DNA from: an uncultured Cryomorphaceae bacterium
Lineage (GTDB): Bacteria > Bacteroidota > Bacteroidia > Flavobacteriales > Schleiferiaceae
NCBI GenBank assembly: GCA_963933975.1
Contig: CAWVWE010000006.1
Span: forward strand, 6,034 to 70,033
Direction: 5' to 3'
DNA length: 64,000 nt
The position numbers and the translations under genes are program-made. Of this stretch, positions 9,616 through 18,945 are shown piece after piece. The stretch's first letter is position 1. The number at the start of each line of letters is the position of its first letter. The notes beneath the pieces were generated by a model. The model saw only the letters and a program-made list of their open reading frames with translations. It made no database searches and was not told the DNA's origin.

Positions 9616-11967
9616 TTACGGATTGTAAATAGATAGTGGGATTTTTTTCCATGTGTTTTTTTGGGACGTTTTCAGGTAGATGTGTAACACGTAAATTCCT
9701 GTGGGCGGTTCTGTATTTATCCAGTTTGTAGGCCTTATTTCAATTAAATGGTCACCAGCAACTAAGGGTTCGTTTTGCATAATGTTGTAGATGGGACGGC
9801 CTGAAAAATCAGTTACGGAAACGGAGAGCTGTGAACCCGCTGCCACGGAAAGAGCCAGTTGTGTCGTTGGAGAATATCTTAGAGGGTCATACGATATCAC
9901 ATGTTCGGATAGGGTAATATTTGGGTCTGAGAAGGTGTGGGTGGAAGAAATTGAATTTGCTTTGTTAGGTGAAGCTTCCGTTGGGCAGCACCACTTGGGA
10001 TGATGGTCCCCCCAGTTAGAAAGGTTTTTACCAGAGTACTGAAACGAGATGCGTTCTCTACTTAAGCGTATGCTAGAGGTTGGGTGTGGAGGGTAAGTCA
10101 GTTCATCGATAACCTGTCCAAACGGTGCTGAAAGAACTAAACGTGTGGTGTCATTAGACAAAGAGAATGGGGAGTTAAAGGCGCTATGCTGCTGTGGCAC
10201 TATTACTGGCCTAAGTGAAAGTGGATGACCATCAAAAGGACTGAAGTCAGGAGTTAATTTATCAGCGTCCATGATGGAATAGCCGGAATACTTTACGACT
10301 TGAAGGTTATCAATGAATAAGGGGTCCTCCGCTGCATTGTAGAGTTCTATAAATTCATTCATGGTGTCAGGATTGAAGTGAACTTCGCTGAAGAAAAGCT
10401 GTCCAGAATCTGGGTAATGACAGGGTGAAAAATCAAAGTTAGTACCCCCAAGACCTGGAGGAAAGGAAAGCCCTGTTGGAAGGAAGAATGGGGAAAAACT
10501 CTGAAAAGACAAGGCCAATTCACTAGGGTTAGCATTCGCGCCGGGGAGCTTGAGATAAGGGAAGGCGTTATAGGCAAACATGCCATACACTAGACCAGTG
10601 GGGTCTGCATAAAAACCCATTAATTCATTCGGCTTTGGGCTTGAAAGAGGTCTTACGTTTGGTATATAAGTGTTTAGAGGGTAGACGGAGAATTGGCGAT
10701 AAATACCGGATACGGAATCTGCTCTAAGCATGAAATCTCCAGCAATTTCATTGGGCATAAAGATATTTTTGTAGTGCTGTGAAGCTAAGGTTATGTGGGC
10801 CTTTTCAATAATGATTACGCCAGTTGAAGGCAAATCTAATAGCGGTATTACCTGGTTGTTATATTGTGAAATATAAGTACTCCCTAGTACCGTTGTTCCA
10901 GAGTCAACCCGAATGGAATAGGAGGTGACCTCACCATCGTCTTCGAGAATACTCATGGTACAGGCGCCTAGGTCTTTCAATGCTTGTACGACTATAAAGA
11001 AACCGGCATATTCTTTAAACGGATGAATCGCTGAAACCCACACATCACCCTGCTTTGCATAACTCACTTGTATGCTGTCTAAAAAGGGGGCAGCAACATT
11101 ACCATCGGCATCTTGAGCATTAGGCAATAGGACACCTAGCGCACCCTGTACAAGCGGTTGTGTCAAGGAAAGATGCCACTGCTCATCAAAATGGTTGATA
11201 ACATATGCGGTGTCTACGCTTTCTGCAGAATACACCAGGGCGTAATTCCTGTCAGGAAAAGGCGTGAGTTCCGCCCATTCGTTCCAAGTAACGCTTAACG
11301 TAAAAGGGTCTAAAACATCAATTTTTTTACATTCTGGTCCAAGAGTGTCTGGAAAATCATACCCCGATGCATGCAATGTTGAAAATAAAAACTTATCCAC
11401 TCTTGTGGAGGTGTATTTGCAGTAGATAGACAGTGTCGTTGATCGTAATAGGGTACTGTCATTGACCGTGAACAGTAGACTGTCAGCGGCATATACCGTA
11501 AAGTTCGCTGAACTGTCTCGCTCCACTCTTAGCTTTACTAAGGGTTTACTTTGATTGACAAACCCAGGCACTACGGCCAACGTTGTGTCTTTATAGCCGT
11601 GATGGAGATATAGGCTCAAATCATCTGCCAGTCCGCCCCCGCAGCGCAAAGCATAGTAACTACTTCCCTTTTGCAAGAACCTGAATTCAGAGAAATTGGC
11701 AGAGGAGGGATTAAATTCCATTTGAATAGTAATTTCCCATACGGCATCTAACCCCGCTGATGAAGGCCTTGACCATAGTAGTGATCCAGCGGCAGGAGCG
11801 TTACTGCGTAATCCGTCTTGAGTGAAGTTCATGAAAGCCGTATCTCCATACCACTCTGCAGAAGGACTTAAAAGGGAGTCGGATAATGACGCGAATTGTC
11901 CCCATGCAATGGTGGTAGTAAGGGAAATAAAAAAGGTGAGTCGTTGACGTAATATTGCACTCTTCAT
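9616..11967 (-). CDS. Secreted protein with a lamin-tail-domain (LTD) module and a probable T9SS-type C-terminal beta-sandwich
   Basis: It has a signal peptide (FFISLTTTIAWGQ). LFFSEVHFNPDTMNEFIELYNAAEDPLFIDNLQV matches the LTD signature (...EFIELYN...). The C-terminus (LSVSVTDFSGRPIY...GIYVLHIYL) resembles a CTD / FlgD-Ig-like fold. Confidence 0.55.
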   Translation of the reverse strand: MKSAILRQRLTFFISLTTTIAWGQFASLSDSLLSPSAEWYGDTAFMNFTQDGLRSNAPAAGSLLWSRPSSAGLDAVWEITIQMEFNPSSANFSEFRFLQKGSSYYALRCGGGLADDLSLYLHHGYKDTTLAVVPGFVNQSKPLVKLRVERDSSANFTVYAADSLLFTVNDSTLLRSTTLSIYCKYTSTRVDKFLFSTLHASGYDFPDTLGPECKKIDVLDPFTLSVTWNEWAELTPFPDRNYALVYSAESVDTAYVINHFDEQWHLSLTQPLVQGALGVLLPNAQDADGNVAAPFLDSIQVSYAKQGDVWVSAIHPFKEYAGFFIVVQALKDLGACTMSILEDDGEVTSYSIRVDSGTTVLGSTYISQYNNQVIPLLDLPSTGVIIIEKAHITLASQHYKNIFMPNEIAGDFMLRADSVSGIYRQFSVYPLNTYIPNVRPLSSPKPNELMGFYADPTGLVYGMFAYNAFPYLKLPGANANPSELALSFQSFSPFFLPTGLSFPPGLGGTNFDFSPCHYPDSGQLFFSEVHFNPDTMNEFIELYNAAEDPLFIDNLQVVKYSGYSIMDADKLTPDFSPFDGHPLSLRPVIVPQQHSAFNSPFSLSNDTTRLVLSAPFGQVIDELTYPPHPTSSIRLSRERISFQYSGKNLSNWGDHHPKWCCPTEASPNKANSISSTHTFSDPNITLSEHVISYDPLRYSPTTQLALSVAAGSQLSVSVTDFSGRPIYNIMQNEPLVAGDHLIEIRPTNWINTEPPTGIYVLHIYLKTSQKNTWKKIPLSIYNP

Positions 11968-11982
11968 AAAGGAGAATAGGTT

Positions 11983-11990
11983 TAAGTTTG
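11983..11990 (+). promoter_or_regulatory. Candidate -7 promoter box (TAagTTTG) for asd
   Basis: It matches TAnnTTTG and lies 32 nt upstream of the ATG at 12022. Confidence 0.4.
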
Positions 11991-12021
11991 TGGGGTACTA
12001 TATAAGTTAAGCGAATTTTTT

Positions 12022-13014
12022 ATGAGAATTGCTGTCGTAGGCGCCACTGGTATGGTGGGCCAAGTCATCTTGAAAGTTTTAGCGGAACGCAATTTTCCGG
12101 TAACGGAACTTTTGCCTGTAGCCTCAGCCCGCAGCGTGGGTAAAAAAGTGGCCTTTGGGGGAAGAGAATGGACTGTTATTTCAATAGAAGAGGCACTGGC
12201 GTCGTCTCCTGATATTGCTTTATTTTCTGCTGGTGGAGAAACCTCTTTAGAATGGGCGCCAAAGTTTGCTGCCGCGGGTACTAAGGTGGTGGATAACTCA
12301 AGTGTTTGGCGTATGGATCCCACAAAGAAACTGATTGTTCCGGAGATTAACTCGGATAGCGTTACTGCTGAAGACATGATAATTGCCAATCCAAACTGCT
12401 CCACCATTCAGTTGGTGATGGCTCTGAGCCCATTACATAAGGTGTTCGGTATAAAACGTGTAATTGTAAGTACCTACCAGAGTGTAACAGGAACCGGTCA
12501 GGCCGCGGTAGATCAACTCGAAGGCGAGCGAGAAGGCACAAATCCTGAGATGGTTTATCCCTACGCGATTGATAGAAACTGCATCCCTCACTGTGACATT
12601 TTTCTAGATAACGACTACACGAAGGAAGAAATGAAGATGACCCTAGAGACTGTCAAGATCATGGGTGACGAAAAAATAAAACTATCCGCTACAGCGGTGA
12701 GGGTACCTGTTCAAGGAGGCCATAGCGAGAGCGTGAACGTGGAGTTCGAAAAAGAGTATACCATGGAAGAGATCCGAAAGTTACTTTCTCAAACTCCCGG
12801 AATAACCCTCCAAGACCGTCCAGAATTCAACACTTATCCTATGCCGTTGATGGCGGAGGGTAAAAATGACGTATTTGTAGGCCGATTACGTCGCGATTTT
12901 ACAGCGGATAACGCCCTCCATATGTGGATTGTCTCTGACAACCTTCGCAAAGGAGCGGCCACAAATACCGTTCAGATTGCTGAGGTATTATTGGCAAAGG
13001 GTTATATAGGATAA
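12022..13014 (+). CDS. asd: Aspartate-semialdehyde dehydrogenase
   Basis: It opens with MRIAVVGATGMVGQ (Rossmann fold), has ANPNCSTIQLV (catalytic Cys) and ends with SDNLRKGAATNTVQIAE. Confidence 0.92.
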   Translation: MRIAVVGATGMVGQVILKVLAERNFPVTELLPVASARSVGKKVAFGGREWTVISIEEALASSPDIALFSAGGETSLEWAPKFAAAGTKVVDNSSVWRMDPTKKLIVPEINSDSVTAEDMIIANPNCSTIQLVMALSPLHKVFGIKRVIVSTYQSVTGTGQAAVDQLEGEREGTNPEMVYPYAIDRNCIPHCDIFLDNDYTKEEMKMTLETVKIMGDEKIKLSATAVRVPVQGGHSESVNVEFEKEYTMEEIRKLLSQTPGITLQDRPEFNTYPMPLMAEGKNDVFVGRLRRDFTADNALHMWIVSDNLRKGAATNTVQIAEVLLAKGYIG

Positions 13015-13057
13015 AGTAGTCCGGGGCGATATTCACCAACCTCCGAAACTTGAACCC

Positions 13058-13065
13058 TACTTTTG
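13058..13065 (+). promoter_or_regulatory. Candidate -7 promoter box (TActTTTG) for msrA
   Basis: It matches TAnnTTTG and lies 15 nt upstream of the ATG at 13080. It sits inside the track's TTG-extended ORF (start 13050). Confidence 0.45.
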
Positions 13066-13079
13066 GTGTTAAACCATCT

Positions 13080-13679
13080 ATGAAAGTAAAAGCTTTAGCA
13101 ATGGCCGTGTTAGGACTCGTGTTAAGTTGCACGGCGCAAACCAATAAAAAAATGAGTGACGCTTACGCTATGGCGACAGTTCCTGTCGCCGGAGAAAAAC
13201 AAGAAGTAGCTGTCTTTGCCTCTGGATGTTTTTGGGGGACGGAATATTATTTACAAAAGGTTGATGGTGTAGTTGCAACCACTTGTGGCTATACAGGAGG
13301 TGTTGTAAAGAACCCAACCTATAGAGAGGTCTGTAACAAGCGCACAGGTCATTACGAAGCGGTGCACGTCTTGTATGACCCTGAGAAAGTATCTTTTGAA
13401 GAATTGGCTCGTGTGTTCTTTGAAACCCATGACCCTACGCAGCGTGATGGCCAGGGACCAGATATTGGACCACAGTATAGAAGCGCTATATTTTTTCAAA
13501 GCAACGAACAACGTAAGGTATCAGAGGATCTCAAGTTGTTGTTAGTTACGAAGGGTTTTGACGTAGCCACAGAAATTCTTCCGGCCGCAACGTTCTATTC
13601 TGCTGAAAACTACCACCAAGATTACTATGACGACAAAGGAGGTACGCCATACTGCCATGCTCCTAGGAAACTATTTTAA
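13080..13679 (+). CDS. msrA: Peptide-methionine (S)-S-oxide reductase MsrA with an N-terminal lipoprotein-type signal peptide
   Basis: The catalytic motif GCFWGTEYY is present, along with YTGG...NPTYREVC and FFETHDPTQ. The N-terminus MKVKALAMAVLGLVLSC is a signal peptide with a lipobox-like VLSC. Confidence 0.9.
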   Translation: MKVKALAMAVLGLVLSCTAQTNKKMSDAYAMATVPVAGEKQEVAVFASGCFWGTEYYLQKVDGVVATTCGYTGGVVKNPTYREVCNKRTGHYEAVHVLYDPEKVSFEELARVFFETHDPTQRDGQGPDIGPQYRSAIFFQSNEQRKVSEDLKLLLVTKGFDVATEILPAATFYSAENYHQDYYDDKGGTPYCHAPRKLF

Positions 13680-13694
13680 GGACACTCAACCAAT

Positions 13695-13732
13695 AAAAAG
13701 CCCCCAATCACTTAGTGATTGGGGGCTTTTTT
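13695..13732. terminator. Bidirectional rho-independent terminator (msrA / accC convergent)
   Basis: The stem gcccccaatcac (13700-13711), loop tta and stem gtgattgggggc (13715-13726) are flanked by AAAAA on one side and TTTTTT on the other. Confidence 0.85.
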
Positions 13733-13749
13733 ATGCCATAAATTTTTCT

Positions 13750-15096
13750 TTATTCCGGGTGTACTAATTCAAAATCCTCCATGAACTTCGTTGTGTAAAC
13801 CCCTTTTCTGAAGTCTTCATTTTTCAACAGCTGCTGGTGGAATGGAATAGTCGTTTTGATTCCTTCAATTATAAATTCATCCAATGCGCGCGCCAGCTTT
13901 TCTAAAGACTCCTCACGAGTTCTAGCGGTTACAATGAGCTTCGCGATCATGGAGTCATAGTATGGTGGAATAATATATCCAGAATAGCAATGTGTATCTA
14001 GACGAACTCCGTGACCACCTGGAGCATGGAATGACACAATTTTACCGGGACAAGGACGGAAGTCATTAAAGGCATCTTCGGCATTAATCCTAACCTCAAT
14101 ACTATGCATTTCAGGGAAGTAATTTTTACCTGAAATAGGCTCTCCTGCCGCGACTTTTATTTGTTCCCGTATCAAGTCAAACCCTACAACTTGTTCTGTT
14201 ATAGGATGTTCTACTTGAATACGTGTGTTCATTTCCATAAAATAGAAATTGCGGTCTTTGTCTACTAGAAACTCAACCGTGCCAGCTCCTTCATAGGCGA
14301 TGTATTCAGCTGCTTTTACGGCAGCATTCCCCATTTTTTTCCGAAGTTTATCGGTCATGAATGGCGATGGAGTTTCCTCAACTAATTTCTGGTGGCGACG
14401 TTGAATGGAACAATCACGTTCACTTAAATGACACGCTTTCCCATAGCGATCACCCACGACTTGAATTTCAATATGCCGTGGCTCAAGAATAAGTTTCTCC
14501 ATGTACATGGCGTCATTACCAAAAGAGGCCGCCGCTTCTCTGCGAGCACTGTCCCATGCGTCTTGCAAGTGGTCTTCGCTAGGTACGGCACGCATTCCTT
14601 TTCCACCACCACCGGCAGTAGCTTTGATCATCACGGGATAGCCAATCTCTTTAGCAGTTTTGACTGCGTGCTCAAAGGTCGCCATAATGCCTTCAGATCC
14701 AGGTACACAGGGTACGCCAGCTTCTTTCATTGTTTCCTTAGCCGTCGCTTTGTCTCCCATTTTATCGATCTGGTCTGCGGAAGCACCAATAAACTTGATG
14801 CCATGCTCAGCACAGATTCGAGAGAATTTGGAGTTTTCACTTAAAAAACCATATCCAGGATGGATAGCGTCAGCGTTAGTTATTTCAGCTGCCGAGATAA
14901 TATTTGGAATGCTGAGGTAACTCTCGGAAGATGCTGCAGGACCAATACATACTGCTTCATCAGCAAAGCGCACGTGCAGAGAATCTGCATCGGCTTTGGA
15001 GTAAACAGCAACCGTTTTAATGCCCATTTCTTTACACGTTCTTATCACGCGAAGAGCAATCTCGCCACGGTTGGCAATGAGTACTTTCTTAAACAT
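13750..15096 (-). CDS. accC: Acetyl-CoA carboxylase, biotin carboxylase subunit
   Basis: It opens with [21 protein letters not shown] and has the ATP-grasp motifs GGGGKGMR and [14 protein letters not shown]. Confidence 0.95.
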   Translation of the reverse strand: MFKKVLIANRGEIALRVIRTCKEMGIKTVAVYSKADADSLHVRFADEAVCIGPAASSESYLSIPNIISAAEITNADAIHPGYGFLSENSKFSRICAEHGIKFIGASADQIDKMGDKATAKETMKEAGVPCVPGSEGIMATFEHAVKTAKEIGYPVMIKATAGGGGKGMRAVPSEDHLQDAWDSARREAAASFGNDAMYMEKLILEPRHIEIQVVGDRYGKACHLSERDCSIQRRHQKLVEETPSPFMTDKLRKKMGNAAVKAAEYIAYEGAGTVEFLVDKDRNFYFMEMNTRIQVEHPITEQVVGFDLIREQIKVAAGEPISGKNYFPEMHSIEVRINAEDAFNDFRPCPGKIVSFHAPGGHGVRLDTHCYSGYIIPPYYDSMIAKLIVTARTREESLEKLARALDEFIIEGIKTTIPFHQQLLKNEDFRKGVYTTKFMEDFELVHPE

Positions 15097-15119
15097 AATG
15101 TGACTCTTTACAGCGTTAC

Positions 15120-15590
15120 TTATGATGGATCAACTAAGAATAATGGCTGGTCGTATTCGATCGGGCTTCTGTCATCAACAAGAACCTTGACGATGGTACC
15201 GCTCACCTCGCTTTCAATCTCATTAAAGAGCTTCATAGCCTCTACGATACATAGTACATCTCCCTCACCGATAGAATCACCAACTTTAACAAAAACGTCA
15301 TGTTCTGGTGACTGGCTGCGGTAGAAGGTACCTATCATTGGAGATTTTACAGTAATGTAATTTCCATTCTCCTCTGCTTCGGTTTCTCCTGGTACCGCTA
15401 CTGGCACTGCCACGGGTGCCGCATGCATAGCCTGTTGAGGAGCGATGGTCTGTATATACGAAGTCTGTTGCTCTGAAGCACCAGAGGCGGTCTTAATGTT
15501 AATTTTAAATTCTTCTGTTTCTAAGCTTACTTCTTGAGCGCCACTTTTGACGACAAATTTGATAAGCGCTTGGATTTCTTTCGAGTCCAT
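15120..15590 (-). CDS. accB: Acetyl-CoA carboxylase biotin carboxyl carrier protein
   Basis: The C-terminal biotinyl domain has the [13 protein letters not shown] (EAMK) attachment motif, preceded by an Ala/Pro-rich linker. It sits immediately upstream of accC. Confidence 0.92.
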   Translation of the reverse strand: MDSKEIQALIKFVVKSGAQEVSLETEEFKINIKTASGASEQQTSYIQTIAPQQAMHAAPVAVPVAVPGETEAEENGNYITVKSPMIGTFYRSQSPEHDVFVKVGDSIGEGDVLCIVEAMKLFNEIESEVSGTIVKVLVDDRSPIEYDQPLFLVDPS

Positions 15591-15631
15591 ATTAGGAGTG
15601 TTTTTATTTAAAAGTAATATGAAGTTACGTG

Positions 15632-16636
15632 TTATTTCTTATCAATGGCCCATGTAACCCACATGGCGCCCCAGGTAAAACCACCTCCAAAGGCAGCAAA
15701 AATCAAGTTGTCTCCCTTATTAAACTTATTGCGATTATCCCATAAACATAGAGGAATAGTTGCAGAGGTAGTATTGCCGTATTTTTCAATATTGATCAAG
15801 ACTTTCTCTGGCGTCAACTCCATACGACGCGCTGTTGCGTCAATGATGCGCAGGTTTGCTTGGTGTGGAACTAAGTAGGCGACATCATCACCTGTCATGT
15901 TGTTTTTTTCTAAAATTTCAGCTGAGGTATCCGCCATGTTACTCACTGCGAAACGGAACACACTTTTGCCTTCTTGACGAATGGCGTGTTGCTTATTGTC
16001 TATAGTTTCATGCGATGGAGGTAAGAAAGATCCACCAGCTTCAATGCGCAAGAAATCTCGTCCTTGAGCATCTGTTCTTAGGATTTCGTCTTGAACTCCG
16101 TACCCCTCTTCTGACGGTTCCATAAGGGCTACACCACAGCCATCTCCGAAAAGAATACAAGTTGTTCTGTCTTCATAATCAGTAATAGAGCTCATAACAT
16201 CTGAGCCCACGACCAGTACCTTTTTGTACTTACCACTTTCTATGTAAGCTGCCGCAGCACTAACGGCGTATAAAAATGAGGAACAAGCCGCCTGTAAGTC
16301 AAAAGCGAATGCATTCTTAGCACCAATTTCCTGAGCAATAAAAGCAGAGGTAATAGCAACGGGCATATCTGGAGTGACAGAAGCTAAAACAACCATGTCA
16401 ATATCCTCTGTCTTGATGCCGTATTCTGCCTTCATAGCCTCAACGGCTTTGATGGCCAAGTATGAAGCACCTTTGCCTTCCTCAGGCTTAAGGATTCTTC
16501 TTTCTTTGATACCCGTTCTGCTTGTGATCCACTCATCGTTGGTATCTACCATGTCTGCCAACTCAGCGTTGGTTAAAACATATTCCGGAACATATCCGCC
16601 TATTGCGGTGATCGCTGCTTTCATCCTTGTCTTCAT
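15632..16636 (-). CDS. fabH: 3-oxoacyl-ACP synthase III
   Basis: AACSSFLYA (catalytic Cys), HQANLRII and YGNTTSATIP are present. Confidence 0.92.
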   Translation of the reverse strand: MKTRMKAAITAIGGYVPEYVLTNAELADMVDTNDEWITSRTGIKERRILKPEEGKGASYLAIKAVEAMKAEYGIKTEDIDMVVLASVTPDMPVAITSAFIAQEIGAKNAFAFDLQAACSSFLYAVSAAAAYIESGKYKKVLVVGSDVMSSITDYEDRTTCILFGDGCGVALMEPSEEGYGVQDEILRTDAQGRDFLRIEAGGSFLPPSHETIDNKQHAIRQEGKSVFRFAVSNMADTSAEILEKNNMTGDDVAYLVPHQANLRIIDATARRMELTPEKVLINIEKYGNTTSATIPLCLWDNRNKFNKGDNLIFAAFGGGFTWGAMWVTWAIDKK

Positions 16637-16680
16637 TCAGGGGGCTAAAATAGGAGGCTTAATCTTATTAAACCAATGTA

Positions 16681-16712
16681 AAAAAGAAAAAGTAGCCCAT
16701 ACATGGGCTACT
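16681..16712 (-). terminator. Rho-independent terminator downstream of rpmF
   Basis: The stem agtagccca (16691-16699) pairs with tgggctact (16704-16712). On the minus strand the hairpin is followed by TTTTCTTTTT. Confidence 0.65.
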
Positions 16713-16746
16713 TTCTTGTAAATCAGTTTATTATGTATAAGCTCAA

Positions 16747-16929
16747 TTAGGCTTTTTCCATGACAACTTTGCCTCTGTAGTAGAGCTTTCCTTCGTGCCA
16801 GTGAGCGCGGTGGTATAGGTGTGTTTCACCAGTAGTAGGACATACGGCCAATTGTTGATCCGCTGCCTTGTAGTGCGTTCTACGCTTATCTCTTCTCGTG
16901 GTGGACTGTCTGCGCTTAGGATGTGCCAT
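16747..16929 (-). CDS. rpmF: 50S ribosomal protein L32
   Basis: It opens with [21 protein letters not shown], is 60 aa long, and follows yceD in the classical arrangement. Confidence 0.93.
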   Translation of the reverse strand: MAHPKRRQSTTRRDKRRTHYKAADQQLAVCPTTGETHLYHRAHWHEGKLYYRGKVVMEKA

Positions 16930-16938
16930 TGTACTTGA

Positions 16939-17445
16939 TTATTTATTGTTCAATAAGTTTTTTAATTGATCCCATCTCGGATCACTCTCTGCTTCTTTTA
17001 ATGTCTCTTCTTTCTCTTCGATAAAGTCTTCCAAACCATTTCCCGCATTGGGACCAAGTAATTTAGACGGAATACTGAGGACCACTAATTCGTATATGTT
17101 TTGCGCAATTTTGAGCGTGTGCTCAGAATGTGGCAAGATCAACAACTCTTCGTTTTCATCATTGTACTCTTCTCCAAACTTCACCTGAATGCTGAACGAG
17201 TTCTCTAACTCTTGTGTAAACAGTTCGTTCATTATATCACAAAGCGCTTGAATGCTGCCTTTAAAAGTGAAGTCTAAATCAAAAACGGTCTCACTTTTCA
17301 ACATGGTCATACGGGCATTGCCCTGTAATCCGGTGTAGTCTGTGTAACCAAAAAGTTCAAAGAACGTATCATTCAATTCAAAATCAAAGTGATGTGTTCC
17401 AACGCTTAAGCCAGAAAAGAGGATATTAAAGTCCTTTGTTTTCAC
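16939..17445 (-). CDS. yceD: YceD/DUF177-family protein (L32-associated)
   Basis: It is 168 aa, acidic, and sits directly upstream of rpmF. That position and size are typical of DUF177. Confidence 0.7.
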   Translation of the reverse strand: MKTKDFNILFSGLSVGTHHFDFELNDTFFELFGYTDYTGLQGNARMTMLKSETVFDLDFTFKGSIQALCDIMNELFTQELENSFSIQVKFGEEYNDENEELLILPHSEHTLKIAQNIYELVVLSIPSKLLGPNAGNGLEDFIEEKEETLKEAESDPRWDQLKNLLNNK

Positions 17446-17471
17446 TTGTCAGTTATATCTGAATGAGCGTG

Positions 17472-17479
17472 CAAAGATA
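17472..17479 (-). promoter_or_regulatory. Candidate -7 promoter box (TAtcTTTG on the minus strand) for yceD-rpmF
   Basis: The plus strand reads caaagata, 27 nt upstream of the ATG at 17445. Confidence 0.4.
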
Positions 17480-17498
17480 TTCAAATTGTTGAAAACTT

Positions 17499-18941
17499 CT
17501 AGCGCTTATCCTTTTGTTTTTTTAGAGGATTTTTTGTCATCTCATCATGCATGGTTCTCTGGTGGAAAACATCTATGGCAGAGAATAGCGAACCTCTGAA
17601 TGAATTTTCGTCGGCAACCCCTTTTCCTGCTACGTTCATGGCTGTTCCGTGATCGGGAGATGTTCGTACAATCTCTAATCCAGCAGTGAAGTTTGTTCCT
17701 GTTCCCATGGCAATTGCCTTGAAAGGGATCAATACTTGATCATGGTACATCCCTAGAACAGCATCAAATTTCATATCGAAACCTTGACCAAAGAATCCAT
17801 CTGCAGGGAACGGTCCCTTTATAATGCTGTCTTTTGACTGTGATTTCGCAATTGCCGGAGCGATGATTTCTTGCTCCTCCTTCCCTATAGTACCCATTTC
17901 CCCAGCATGTGGATTTAGGCCAAGAACGGCAATAGTAGGTTTGATTTTACCGAAATCACGTTTTAGACTTGCCTTGAGAATAGATATAGCGTTTATAATG
18001 GCTTCTTCTGTTAGACTCTCTGCGACCGACGATACTGGAATATGACCTGTTACGGTGGCAACTTTGAGCTGCTCGGAGGTAAGTACCATGAGAACCTCGT
18101 TGCCAAATGCGGATGCTAAATAACCGGTATGTCCTGTAAAACCCTCAATGGTGTCCGCAATATTATGTTTATTTATGGGTGCTGTGACAATCGCATCGAC
18201 GCTACCTAATTGAGCTGCAGCTATAGCCGCATCAATACTTTTAAGGGCGTAGCTCCCACTAACATCCGTCGGCGTTCCTAGAGATAGCTCAACGTTATCC
18301 TCCCAAACATTAATTAGATTGTTTTTACCCCTGTGTATATCATCAACGGAGTCGCAAATATGAAAGTTAAAATCCCTACGGTTAATGGCATTTCTATGAT
18401 AAGAAGCAAGTTTACTTGATGCAAATACAACAGGAGTACATAAGTCTAAGATGGCTTTGTCCTCTAAAGTTTTAATGATCACTTCCATGCCAACGCCGTT
18501 GAGATCACCGCACGTGATGCCTATCACAGGCTTTTTAAGCACATCAGGCAACACCTCAGAGTGTCTGCTTCTGGACATCTCGAAATCATTAGCATAGAGC
18601 TCTGCCTGAGCGGCTAATTCGCTTTGAGCGCTTTCTGAAACAGGCGTTGCTTTGACATTTCTGGCCGGAGCTGCACTCTTACCTTTATTTCTATTGCGAT
18701 TCCTGTTGTTTCTTCGAGCTCCTTCCTCTGTTTCCCCGAGGTCTCTTGTATCACTAGTGATTACCTTAGGCGGAGCATTGCTTGTAACACCTGCTTCTTT
18801 TTTACCTTCAGGAGTTTCTGTTTTTTTACGTGGGTTACGGTTGCGACCGCCGCGTCTTCTGCGGTTAGGATCGTTGTTACCGGCAACATCATTACTTGAT
18901 GGAGCACTTGGCTTTGGGGCGTTGTCTTTGCTGTCGCTCAT
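17499..18941 (-). CDS. pdxA: 4-hydroxythreonine-4-phosphate dehydrogenase PdxA, with a ~121-aa Arg/Asn/Lys-rich in-frame N-terminal extension (alternative start at 18578)
   Basis: The PdxA core runs from KPVIGITCGDLNGVGMEV and includes GHTGYL, LNPHAGE and SPDHGTA. The ORF stays open upstream to an ATG 4 nt after the pepA stop. Confidence 0.85.
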   Translation of the reverse strand: MSDSKDNAPKPSAPSSNDVAGNNDPNRRRRGGRNRNPRKKTETPEGKKEAGVTSNAPPKVITSDTRDLGETEEGARRNNRNRNRNKGKSAAPARNVKATPVSESAQSELAAQAELYANDFEMSRSRHSEVLPDVLKKPVIGITCGDLNGVGMEVIIKTLEDKAILDLCTPVVFASSKLASYHRNAINRRDFNFHICDSVDDIHRGKNNLINVWEDNVELSLGTPTDVSGSYALKSIDAAIAAAQLGSVDAIVTAPINKHNIADTIEGFTGHTGYLASAFGNEVLMVLTSEQLKVATVTGHIPVSSVAESLTEEAIINAISILKASLKRDFGKIKPTIAVLGLNPHAGEMGTIGKEEQEIIAPAIAKSQSKDSIIKGPFPADGFFGQGFDMKFDAVLGMYHDQVLIPFKAIAMGTGTNFTAGLEIVRTSPDHGTAMNVAGKGVADENSFRGSLFSAIDVFHQRTMHDEMTKNPLKKQKDKR

Positions 18942-18945
18942 GAAC

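Noticed and set aside
14428-15324. Two long plus-strand ORFs (138 and 154 aa) lie opposite accC and accB.
   Set aside because: They are antisense shadows of unambiguous, motif-rich genes, and their low-complexity translations carry no motifs. The same reasoning applies to these track ORFs: 11982-12407, 16374-16721, 18652-18960, 36997-37425, 41656-42039, 42168-42500, 42704-43042, 44168-44626, 45506-45805 and 54563-54946. It also applies to the other short track ORFs nested in called genes.
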